Positions 35,201 to 47,200 of a DNA stretch of 64,000 nucleotides are shown here, piece by piece (the stretch's first letter is position 1; the number at the start of each line of letters is the position of its first letter). Source of the stretch: Eledone cirrhosa (Eukaryota); contig OZ024740.1 in assembly GCA_964016885.1 (NCBI GenBank), forward strand, positions 422,840,001-422,904,000, read 5' to 3'. Position numbers and translations under genes: made by a program. The notes under the pieces were generated by a model. It did no database searches and was not told where the DNA came from. It saw only the letters and a list, made by a program, of their open reading frames with translations.

Positions 35201-38200
35201 AAAAGTGTGGAGAGAGTGGATGACAGGTCTGGATGTAAGGAGAGCTGGACCTTAGGACAGAGAGGAGGTGTTGATTGAGTAGGTCAGAAGTGTGGTGAGA
35301 GTGGTAGAGAGGTCTGGATGTAAGGAGAGCTGGACCTTAGGACATAGAGGAGGTGTTGATAGAGAAGGTCAGAAGTGTGGAGAGTGGTTGACAGGTCTGG
35401 ATGTAAGGAGATCTGGACCTTAGGACTGAGAGGAGGAGTTGATAGTGAAGGTCAGAAGTGTGGAGAGAGTGGTTGACAGGTCTGGGTGTAAGGAGAGCTA
35501 GACCTTAGGACAGAGAGGAGGTGTTGATGGAGAAGGTCAGATGTGTGGAGAGAGTGGTAGAGAGGTCTGGATGTAAGAAGAGCTGGACCTTAGGACATAG
35601 AGGAGGTGTTGATAGAGAAGGTCAGAAGTGTGGAGAGAATGGTTGACAGGTCTGGATGTAAGGAGAGCTGGACCTTAGGACAGGGAGGAGGTGTTGATAG
35701 TGAAGGTCAGAAGTGTGGAGAGAGTGGTTGACAGGTCTGGGTGTAAGGAGAGCTGTACCTTAGGACAGAGAGGAGGTGTTGATAGAGAAGGTCAGAAGTG
35801 TGGAGAGAGTGGTTGACCAGTCTGGATGTAAGGAGACCTAGACCTTAGGACAGAGAAGAGGTGTTGATAGGGAATGTCAGAAGTGTGGAGAGAGTGGTAC
35901 ACAGGTCTGGATGTAAGGAGAGCTAGACCTTAGGACAGAGAGGATGTGTTGATAGTGAAGGTCAGAAGTGTGGAGAGAGTGGTTGACAGGTCTGGATGTA
36001 AGGAGAGCTAGACCTTAGGAAAGAGAGGAGGTGTTGATAGAGAAGGTCAGAAGTGTGGAGAGAGTGGTTGACAGGTCTGGATGTAAGGAGAGCTAGACCT
36101 TAGGACAGAGAGGAGGTGTTGATGGAGAATGTAAGAAGTGTGGAGAGAGTGGTTGACAGGTCTGGATGTAAGGAGAGCTAGAACTTAGGACAGAGAGGAG
36201 ATGTTGATGGAGAAGGTAAGAAGTGTGGAGAGAGCGGTTGACAGGTCTGGATGTAAGGAGAGCTAGACCTTAGGACAGAGAGGAGATGTTGATGGAGAAG
36301 GTAAGAAGTGTGGAGAGAGTGGTTGACAGGTCTGGATGTAAGGAGAGCTGGACCTTAGGAAAGAGAGGAGGTGTTGATAGAGAAGGTCAGAAGTGTGGAG
36401 AGAGTGGTTGACAGGTCTGGATGTAAGGAGAGCTGGACCTTAGGAAAGAGAGGAGGTGTTGATAGAGAAGGTCAGAAGTGTGGAGAGAGTGGTTGACAGG
36501 TCTGGATGTAAGGAGAGCTGGACCTTAGGAAAGAGAGGAGGTGTTGATAGAGAAGGTCAGAAGTGTGGAGAGAGTGGTTGACAGGTCTGGATGTAAGGAG
36601 AGCTAGACCTTAGGACAGAGAGGAGGTGTTATTAGAGAAGGTCAGAAGTGTGGAGAGAGTGGTTGACAGGTATGGATGTAAGGAGAGCTAGACCTTAGGA
36701 CAGAGAGGAGATGTTGATGGAGAAGGTAAGAAGTGTGGAGAGAGTGGTTGACAGGTCTGGATGTAAGGAGAGCTAGACCTTAGGAAAGAGAGGAGGTGTT
36801 GATAGAGAAGGGCAGAAGTGTGGAAAGAGTGGTTGACAGGTCTGGATGTAAGGAGAGCTGGACCTTAGGAAAGAGAGGAGGTGTTGATAGAGAAGGTCAG
36901 AAGTGTGGAGAGAGTGGTTGACAGGTCTGGATGTAAGGAGAGCTAGACCTTATGACAGAGAGGAGGTGTTGATAGAGAAGATCAGAAGTGTGGAGAGAGT
37001 GGTTGACAGGTCTGGATGTAAGGAGAGCTAGACCTTAGGACAGAGAGGAGGTGTTGATAGAGAATGTCAGAAGTGTGGAGAGAGTGGTTGGCAGGTCTGG
37101 ATGTAAGGAGAGCTAGACCTTAGGAAAGAGAGGAGGTGTTGATAGAGAAGGTCAGAAGTGTGGAGAGAGTGGTTGGCAGGTCTGGATGTAAGGAGAGCTG
37201 GAACTTAGGACAGAGAGGAGGTGTTGATAGAGAAGGTCAGAAGTGTGGAGAGGGTGGTAGAGAGGTCTGGATGTAAGGAGAGCTAGACCTTAGGACAGAG
37301 AGGAGGTGTTGATAGAGAAGGTCAAAAGTGTGGAGAGAGTGGATAACAGGTCTGGATGTAAGGAGAGCTGGACCTTAGAACAGAGAGGAGGTGTTGATTG
37401 AGTAGGTCAGAGGTGTGGTGAGAGTGATAGAGAGGTCTGGATGTAAGGAGAGCTGGACCTTAGGACATAGAGGAGGTGTTGATAGAGAAAGTCAGAAGTG
37501 TGGAGAGAATGGTTGACAGGTCTGGATGTAAGGAGAGCTGGACCTTAGGACTGAGAGGAGGTGTTGATAGTGAAGGTCAGAAGTGTGGAGAGAGTGGTTG
37601 ACAGGTCTGGGTGTAAGGAGAGCTAGACCTTAGGACAGAGAGGAGGTGTTGATGGGGAAGGTCAGATGTGTGGAGAGAGTGGTAGAGAGGTCTGGATGTA
37701 AGAAGAGCTGGACCGTAGGACATAGAGGAGGTGTTGATAGAGAAGGTCAGAAGTGTGGAGAGAATGGTTGACAGGTCTGGATGTAAGGAGAGCTGGACCT
37801 TAGGACAGGGAGGAGGTGTTGATAGTGAAGGTCAGAAGTGTGGAGAGAGTGGTTGACAGGTCTGGGTGTAAGGAGAGCTATACCTTAGGACAGAGAGGAG
37901 GTGTTGATAGAGAAGGTCAGAAGTGTGGAGAGAGTGGTTGACAGGTCTGGATGTAAGGAGACCTAGACCTTAGGACAGAGAAGAGGTGTTGATAGAGAAG
38001 GTCAGAAGTGTGGAGAGAGTGGTACACAGGTCTGGATGTAAGGAGAGCTAGACCTTAGGACTGAGAGTAGATGTTGATAGAGAAGGTCAGAAGTGTGGAG
38101 AGAGTGGTTGACAGGTCTGGATGTAAGGAGAGCTAGACCTTAGGACAGAGAGGAGGTGTTGATGGAGAATGTAAGAAGTGTGGCGAGAGTGGTTGACAGG

Positions 38201-41200
38201 TCTGGATGTAAGGAGAGCTAGACCTTAGGAAAGAGAGGAGGTGTTGATAGAGAAGGTTAGACGTGTGGAGAGAGTGGTTGACAGGTCTGGATGTAAGGAG
38301 AGCTAGACCTTAGGACGGAAAGGAGGTGTTGATAGAGAAGGTCAGAAGTGTGGAGAGAGTGGTAGAGAGGTCTGGATGTAAGGAGAGCTAGACCTTAGGA
38401 CAGAGAGGAGGTGTTGATAGAGAAGGTCAGAAGTGTGGAGAGAGTGGTAGAGAGGTCTGGATGTAAGGAGAGCTGGACCTTAGGACATAGAGGAGGTGTT
38501 GATAGAGAAGGTCAGAAGTGTGGAGAGAGTGGTTGACAGGTCTGGATGTAAGGAGAGCTAGACCTTAGGACAGAGAAGAGGTGTTGATGGAGAAGGTCAG
38601 AAGTTGGGAGAGAGTGGTTGACAGGTTTGGATGTAAGGACAGCTGGACCTTAGGACAGAGAGGAGGTGTTGTTAGAGAAGGTCAGAAGTGTGGAGAGAGT
38701 GGTTAACAGGTCTGGATGTAAGGAGAGCTAGACCTTAGGAAAGAGAGGAGGTGTTGATAGAGAAGGTCAGAAGTGTGGAGAGAGTGGTTGACAGGTCTGG
38801 ATGTAAGGAGAGCTAGACCTTAGGACAGAGAGGATGTGTTGATGGAGAATGTAAGAAGTGTGGAGAGAGTGGTTGACCGGTCTGGATGTAAGGAGAGCTA
38901 GACCTTAGGACAGAGAGGAGATGTTGATGGAGAAGGTAAGAAGTGTGGAGAGAGCGGTTGACAGGTCTGGATGTAAGGAGAGCTAGACCTTAGGAAAGAG
39001 AGGAGGTGTTGAAAGAGAAGGTCAGAAGTGTGGAAAGAGTGGTTGACAGGTCTGGATGTAAGGAGAGCTGGACCTTAGGAAAGAGAGGAGGTGTTGATAG
39101 AGAAGGTCAGAAGTGTGGAGAGAGTGGTTGACAGGTCTGGATGTAAGGAGAGATAGACCTTAGGACAGAGAGGAGGTGTTATTAGAGAAGGTCAGAAGTG
39201 TGGAGAGAGTGGTTGACAGGTATGGATGTAAGGAGAGCTAGACCTTAGGACAGAGAGGAGATGTTGATGGAGAAGGTAAGAAGTGTGGAGAGAGTGGTTG
39301 ACAGGTCTGGATGTAAGGAGAGCTAGACCTTAGGAAAGAGAGGAGGTGTTGATAGAGAAGGTCAGAAGTGTGGAAAGAGTGGTTGACAGGTCTGGATGTA
39401 AGGAGAGCTGGACCTTAGGAAAGAGAGGAGGTGTTGATAGAGAAGGTCAGAAGTGTGGAGAGAGTGGTTGACAGGTCTGGATGTAAGGAGAGCTAGACCT
39501 TAGGACAGAGAGGAGGTGTTGATAGAGAAGGTCAGAAGTGTGGAGAGAGTGGTTGACAGGTCTGGATGTAAGGAGAGCTAGACCTTAGGACAGAGAGGAG
39601 GTGTTGATAGAGAAGGTCAGAAGTGTGGAGAGAGTGGTTGGCAGGTCTGGATGTAAGGAGAGCTAGACCTTAGGAAAGAGAGGAGGTGTTGATAGAGAAG
39701 GTCAGAAGTGTGGAGAGAGTGGTTGGCAGGTCTGGATGTAAGGAGAGCTGGAACTTAGGACAGAGAGGAGGTGTTGATAGAGAAGGTCAGAAGTGTGGAG
39801 AGGGTGGTAGAGAGGTCTGGATGTAAGGAGAGCTAGACCTTAGGACAGAGAGGAGGTGTTGATAGAGAAGGTCAAAAGTGTGGAGAGAGTGGATAACAGG
39901 TCTGGATGTAAGGAGAGCTGGACCTTAGAACAGAGAGGAGGTGTTGATTGAGTAGGTCAGAGGTGTGGTGAGAGTGATAGAGAGGTCTGGATGTAAGGAG
40001 AGCTGGACCTTAGGACATAGAGGAGGTGTTGATAGAGAAGGTCAGAAGTGTGGAGAGAATGGTTGACAGGTCTGGATGTAAGGAGAGCTGGACCTTAGGA
40101 CTGAGAGGTGTTGATAGTGAAGGTCAGAAGTGTGGAGAGAGTGGTTGACAGGTCTGGGTGTAAGGAGAGCTATACCTTAGGACAGAGAGGAGGTGTTGAT
40201 AGAGAAGGTCAGAAGTGTGGAGAGAGTGGTTGACAGGTCTGGATGTAAGGAGACCTAGACCTTAGGACAGAGAAGAGGTGTTGATAGAGAAGGTCAGAAG
40301 TGTGGAGAGAGTGGTACACAGGTCTGGATGTAAGGAGAGCTAGACCTTAGGACAAAGAGGATGTGTTGATAGTGAAGGTCAGAAGTGTGGAGAGAGTGGT
40401 TGACAGGTCTGGATGTAAGGAGACCTAGACCTTAGGACAGAGAAGAGGTGTTGATAGAGAAGGTCAGAAGTGTGGAGAGAGTGGTACACAGGTCTGGATG
40501 TAAGGAGAGCTAGACCTTAGGACTGAGAGTAGATGTTGATAGAGAAGGTCAGAAGTGTGGAGAGAGTGGTTGACAGGTCTGGATGTAAGGAGAGCTAGAC
40601 CTTAGGACAGAGAGGAGGTGTTGATGGAGAATGTAAGAAGTGTGGCGAGAGTGGTTGACAGGTCTGGATGTAAGGAGAGCTAGACCTTAGGAAAGAGAGG
40701 AGGTGTTGATAGAGAAGGTCAGACGTGTGGAGAGAGTGGTTGACAGGTCTGGATGTAAGGAGAGCTAGACCTTAGGACAGAAAGGAGGTGTTGATAGAGA
40801 AGGTCAGAAGTGTGGAGAGAGTGGTAGAGAGGTCTGGATGTAAGGAGAGCTAGACCTTAGGACAGAGAGGAGGTGTTGATAGAGAAGGTCAGAAGTGTGG
40901 AGAGAGTGGTAGAGAGGTCTGGATGTAAGGAGAGCTGGACCTTAGGACATAGAGGAGGTGTTGATAGAGAAGGTCAGAAGTGTGGAGAGAGTGGTTGACA
41001 GGTCTGGATGTAAGGAGAGCTAGACCTTAGGACAGAGAAGAGGTGTTGATGGAGAAGGTCAGAAGTTGGGAGAGAGTGGTTGACAGGTTTGGATGTAAGG
41101 ACAGCTGGACCTTAGGACAGAGAGGAGGTGTTGTTAGAGAAGGTCAGAAGTGTGGAGAGAGTGGTTAACAGGTCTGGATGTAAGGAGAGCTAGACCTTAG

Positions 41201-44200
41201 GAAAGAGAGGAGGTGTTGATAGAGAAGGTCAGAAGTGTGGAGAGAGTGGTTGACAGGTCTGGATGTAAGGAGAGCTAGACCTTAGGACAGAGAGGATGTG
41301 TTGATGGAGAATGTAAGAAGTGTGGAGAGAGTGGTTGACAGGTCTGGATGTAAGGAGAGCTAGACCTTAGGACAGAGAGGAGATGTTGATGGAGAAGGTA
41401 AGAAGTGTGGAGAGAGCGGTTGACAGGTCTGGATGTAAGGAGAGCTAGACCTTAGGAAAGAGAGGAGGTGTTGATAGAGAAGGTCAGAAGTGTGGAAAGA
41501 GTGGTTGACAGGTCTGGATGTAAGGAGAGCTGGACCTTAGGAAAGAGAGGAGGTGTTGATAGAGAAGGTCAGAAGTGTGGAGAGAGTGGTTGACAGGTCT
41601 GGATGTAAGGAGAGATAGACCTTAGGACAGAGAGGAGGTGTTATTAGAGAAGGTCAGAAGTGTGGAGAGAGTGGTTGACAGGTATGGATGTAAGGAGAGC
41701 TAGACCTTAGGACAGAGAGGAGATGTTGATGGAGAAGGTAAGAAGTGTGGAGAGAGTGGTTGACAGGTCTGGATGTAAGGAGAGCTAGACCTTAGGAAAG
41801 AGAGGAGGTGTTGATAGAGAAGGTCAGAAGTGTGGAAAGAGTGGTTGACAGGTCTGGATGTAAGGAGAGCTGGACCTTAGGAAAGAGAGGAGGTGTTGAT
41901 AGAGAAGGTCAGAAGTGTGGAGAGAGTGGTTGACAGGTCTGGATGTAAGGAGAGCTAGACCTTAGGACAGAGAGGAGGTGTTGATAGAGAAGGTCAGAAG
42001 TGTGGAGAGAGTGGTTGACAGGTCTGGATGTAAGGAGAGCTAGACCTTAGGACAGAGAGGAGGTGTTGATAGAGAAGGTCAGAAGTGTGGAGAGAGTGGT
42101 TGGCAGGTCTGGATGTAAGGAGAGCTAGACCTTAGGAAAGAGAGGAGGTGTTGATAGAGAAGGTCAGAAGTGTGGAGAGAGTGGTTGGCAGGTCTGGATG
42201 TAAGGAGAGCTGGAACTTAGGACAGAGAGGAGGTGTTGATAGAGAAGGTCAGAAGTGTGGAGAGGGTGGTAGAGAGGTCTGGATGTAAGGAGAGCTAGAC
42301 CTTAGGACAGAGAGGAGGTGTTGATAGAGAAGGTCAAAAGTGTGGAGAGAGTGGATAACAGGTCTGGATGTAAGGAGAGCTGGACCTTAGAACAGAGAGG
42401 AGGTGTTGATTGAGTAGGTCAGAGGTGTGGTGAGAGTGATAGAGAGGTCTGGATGTAAGGAGAGCTGGACCTTAGGACATAGAGGAGGTGTTGATAGAGA
42501 AGGTCAGAAGTGTGGAGAGAATGGTTGACAGGTCTGGATGTAAGGAGAGCTGGACCTTAGGACTGAGAGGTGTTGATAGTGAAGGTCAGAAGTGTGGAGA
42601 GAGTGGTTGACAGGTCTGGGTGTAAGGAGAGCTATACCTTAGGACAGAGAGGAGGTGTTGATAGAGAAGGTCAGAAGTGTGGAGAGAGTGGTTGACAGGT
42701 CTGGATGTAAGGAGACCTAGACCTTAGGACAGAGAAGAGGTGTTGATAGAGAAGGTCAGAAGTGTGGAGAGAGTGGTACACAGGTCTGGATGTAAGGAGA
42801 GCTAGACCTTAGGACAAAGAGGATGTGTTGATAGTGAAGGTCAGAAGTGTGGAGAGAGTGGTTGACAGGTCTGGATGTAAGGAGAGCTGGACCTTAGGAC
42901 AGAGAGGAGATGTTGATAGAGAAGGTCAGAAGTGTGGAGAGAGTGGTTGACAGGTATGGATGTAAGGAGAGCTAGACCTTAGGACAGAGAAGAGGTGTTG
43001 ATGGAGAAGGTCAGAAGTGTGGAGAGAGTGGTTGACAGGTCTGGATGTAAGGAGAGCTGGACCTTAGGACAGAGAGGAGGTGTTGATAGAGAAGGTCAGA
43101 AGTGTGTAGAGAGTGGTTGACAGGTCTGGATGTAAGGAGAGCTGGACCTTAGGATAGAGAGGAGGTGTTGATTGAGAAGATCTGATTTTTGGAGAGAGTG
43201 GTTGACAGGTCTGGATGCAAGGACAGCTGGCCCTTAGGACAGAGAGGAGGTGTTGATTGAGTAGGTCAGAAGTGTGGTGAGAGTGGTAGAGATGTCTGGA
43301 TGTAAGGAGAGCTGGACCTTAGGACATAGAGGAGGTGTTGATAGAGAAGGGTCAGAAGTGTGGAGAGAATGGTTGACAGGTCTGGATGTAAGGAGAGCTG
43401 GACCTTGGGACTGAGAGGAGGTGTTGATAGTGAAGGTCAGAAGTGTGGAGAGAGTGGTTGACAGGTCTGGGTGTAAGGAGAGCTAGACCTTAGGACAGAG
43501 AGGAGGTGTTGATGGAGAAGGTCAGATGTGTGGAGAGAGTGGTAGAGAGGTCTGGATGTAAGAAGAGCTGGACCTTAGGACATAGAGGAGGTGTTGATAG
43601 AGAAGGTCAGAAGTGTGGAGAGAATGGTTGACAGGTCTGGATGTAAGGAGAGCTGGACCTTAGGACAGGGAGGAGGTGTTGATAGTGAAGGTCAGAAGTG
43701 TGGAGAGAGTGGTTGACATGTCTGGGTGTAAGGAGAGCTATACCTTAGGACAGAGAGGAGGTGTTGATAGAGAAGGTCAGAAGTGTGGAGAGAGTGGTTG
43801 ACAGGTCTGGATGTAAGGAGACCTAGACCTTAGGACAGAGAAGAGGTGTTGATAGAGAAGGTCAGAAGTGTGGAGAGAGTGGTACACAGGTCTGGATGTA
43901 AGGAGAGCTAGACCTTAGGACTGAGAGGAGATGTTGATAGAGAAGGTCAGAAGTGTGGAGAGAGTGGTTGACAGGTCTGGATGTAAGGAGAGCTAGACCT
44001 TAGGACAGAGAGGAGGTGTTGATGGAGAATGTAAGAAGTGTGGCGAGAGTGGTTGACAGGTCTGGATGTAAGGAGAGCTAGACCTTAGGAAAGAGAGGAG
44101 GTGTTGATAGAGAAGGTCAGACGTGTGGAGAGAGTGGTTGACAGGTCTGGATGTAAGGAGAGCTAGACCTTAGGACAGAAAGGAGGTGTTGATAGGGAAG

Positions 44201-47200
44201 GTCAGAAGTGTGGAGAGAGTGGTAGAGAGGTCTGGATGTAAGGAGAGCTAGACCTTAGGACAGAGAGGAGGTGTTGATAGAGAAGGTCAGAAGTGTGGAG
44301 AGAGTGGTAGAGAGGTCTGGATGTAAGGAGAGCTGGACCTTAGGACATAGAGGAGGTGTTGATAGAGAAGGTCAGAAGTGTGGAGAGAGTGGTTGACAGG
44401 TCTGGATGTAAGGAGAGCTAGACCTTAGGACAGAGAAGAGGTGTTGATGGAGAAGGTCAGAAGTTGGGAGAGAGTGGTTGACAGGTTTGGATGTAAGGAC
44501 AGCTGGACCTTAGGACAGAGAGGAGGTGTTGTTAGAGAAGGTCAGAAGTGTGGAGAGAGTGGTTAACAGGTCTGGATGTAAGGAGAGCTAGACCTTAGGA
44601 AAGAGAGGAGGTGTTGATGGGGAAGGTCAGATGTGTGGAGAGAGTGGTAGAGAGGTCTGGATGTAAGAAGAGCTGGACCGTAGGACATAGAGGATGTGTT
44701 GATAGAGAAGGTCAGAAGTGTGGAGAGAATGGTTGACAGGTCTGGATGTAAGGAGAGCTGGACCTTAGGACAGGGAGGAGGTGTTGATAGTGAAGGTCAG
44801 AAGTGTGGAGAGAGTGGTTGACAGGTCTGGGTGTAAGGAGAGCTATACCTTAGGACAGAGAGGAGGTGTTGATAGAGAAGGTCAGAAGTGTGGAGAGAGT
44901 GGTTGACAGGTCTGGATGTAAGGAGACCTAGACCTTAGGACAGAGAAGAGGTGTTGATAGAGAAGGTCAGAAGTGTGGAGAGAGTGGTACACAGGTCTGG
45001 ATGTAAGGAGAGCTAGACCTTAGGACTGAGAGTAGATGTTGATAGAGAAGGTCAGAAGTGTGGAGAGAGTGGTTGACAGGTCTGGATGTAAGGAGAGCTA
45101 GACCTTAGGACAGAGAGGAGGTGTTGATGGAGAATGTAAGAAGTGTGGCGAGAGTGGTTGACAGGTCTGGATGTAAGGAGAGCTAGACCTTAGGAAAGAG
45201 AGGAGGTGTTGATAGAGAAGGTCAGACGTGTGGAGAGAGTGGTTGACAGGTCTGGATGTAAGGAGAGCTAGACCTTAGGACAGAAAGGAGGTGTTGATAG
45301 AGAAGGTCAGAAGTGTGGAGAGAGTGGTAGAGAGGTCTGGATGTAAGGAGAGCTAGACCTTAGGACAGAGAGGAGGTGTTGATAGAGAAGGTCAGAAGTG
45401 TGGAGAGAGTGGTAGAGAGGTCTGGATGTAAGGAGAGCTGGACCTTAGGACATAGAGGAGGTGTTGATAGAGAAGGTCAGAAGTGTGGAGAGAGTGGTTG
45501 ACAGGTCTGGATGTAAGGAGAGCTAGACCTTAGGACAGAGAAGAGGTGTTGATGGAGAAGGTCAGAAGTTGGGAGAGAGTGGTTGACAGGTTTGGATGTA
45601 AGGACAGCTGGACCTTAGGACAGAGAGGAGGTGTTGTTAGAGAAGGTCAGAAGTGTGGAGAGAGTGGTTAACAGGTCTGGATGTAAGGAGAGCTAGACCT
45701 TAGGAAAGAGAGGAGGTGTTGATAGAGAAGGTCAGAAGTGTGGAGAGAGTGGTTGACAGGTCTGGATGTAAGGAGAGCTAGACCTTAGGACAGAGAGGAT
45801 GTGTTGATGGAGAATGTAAGAAGTGTGGAGAGAGTGGTTGACAGGTCTGGATGTAAGGAGAGCTAGACCTTAGGACAGAGAGGAGATGTTGATGGAGAAG
45901 GTAAGAAGTGTGGAGAGAGCGGTTGACAGGTCTGGATGTAAGGAGAGCTAGACCTTAGGAAAGAGAGGAGGTGTTGATAGAGAAGGTCAGAAGTGTGGAA
46001 AGAGTGGTTGACAGGTCTGGATGTAAGGAGAGCTGGACCTTAGGAAAGAGAGGAGGTGTTGATAGAGAAGGTCAGAAGTGTGGAGAGAGTGGTTGACAGG
46101 TCTGGATGTAAGGAGAGATAGACCTTAGGACAGAGAGGAGGTGTTATTAGAGAAGGTCAGAAGTGTGGAGAGAGTGGTTGACAGGTATGGATGTAAGGAG
46201 AGCTAGACCTTAGGACAGAGAGGAGATGTTGATGGAGAAGGTAAGAAGTGTGGAGAGAGTGGTTGACAGGTCTGGATGTAAGGAGAGCTAGACCTTAGGA
46301 AAGAGAGGAGGTGTTGATAGAGAAGGTCAGAAGTGTGGAAAGAGTGGTTGACAGGTCTGGATGTAAGGAGAGCTGGACCTTAGGAAAGAGAGGAGGTGTT
46401 GATAGAGAAGGTCAGAAGTGTGGAGAGAGTGGTTGACAGGTCTGGATGTAAGGAGAGCTAGACCTTAGGACAGAGAGGAGGTGTTGATAGAGAAGGTCAG
46501 AAGTGTGGAGAGAGTGGTTGACAGGTCTGGATGTAAGGAGAGCTAGACCTTAGGACAGAGAGGAGGTGTTGATAGAGAAGGTCAGAAGTGTAGAGAGAGT
46601 GGTTGGCAGGTCTGGATGTAAGGAGAGCTAGACCTTAGGAAAGAGAGGAGGTGTTGATAGAGAAGGTCAGAAGTGTGGAGAGAGTGGTTGGCAGGTCTGG
46701 ATGTAAGGAGAGCTGGAACTTAGGACAGAGAGGAGGTGTTGATAGAGAAGGTCAGAAGTGTGGAGAGGGTGGTAGAGAGGTCTGGATGTAAGGAGAGCTA
46801 GACCTTAGGACAGAGAGGAGGTGTTGATAGAGAAGGTCAAAAGTGTGGAGAGAGTGGATAACAGGTCTGGATGTAAGGAGAGCTGGACCTTAGAACAGAG
46901 TGGAGGTGTTGATTGAGTAGGTCAGAGGTGTGGTGAGAGTGATAGAGAGGTCTGGATGTAAGGAGAGCTGGACCTTAGGACATAGAGGAGGTGTTGATAG
47001 AGAAGGTCAGAAGTGTGGAGAGAATGGTTGACAGGTCTGGATGTAAGGAGAGCTGGACCTTAGGACTGAGAGGTGTTGATAGTGAAGGTCAGAAGTGTGG
47101 AGAGAGTGGTTGACAGGTCTGGGTGTAAGGAGAGCTATACCTTAGGACAGAGAGGAGGTGTTGATAGAGAAGGTCCGAAGTGTGGAGAGAGTGGTTGACA

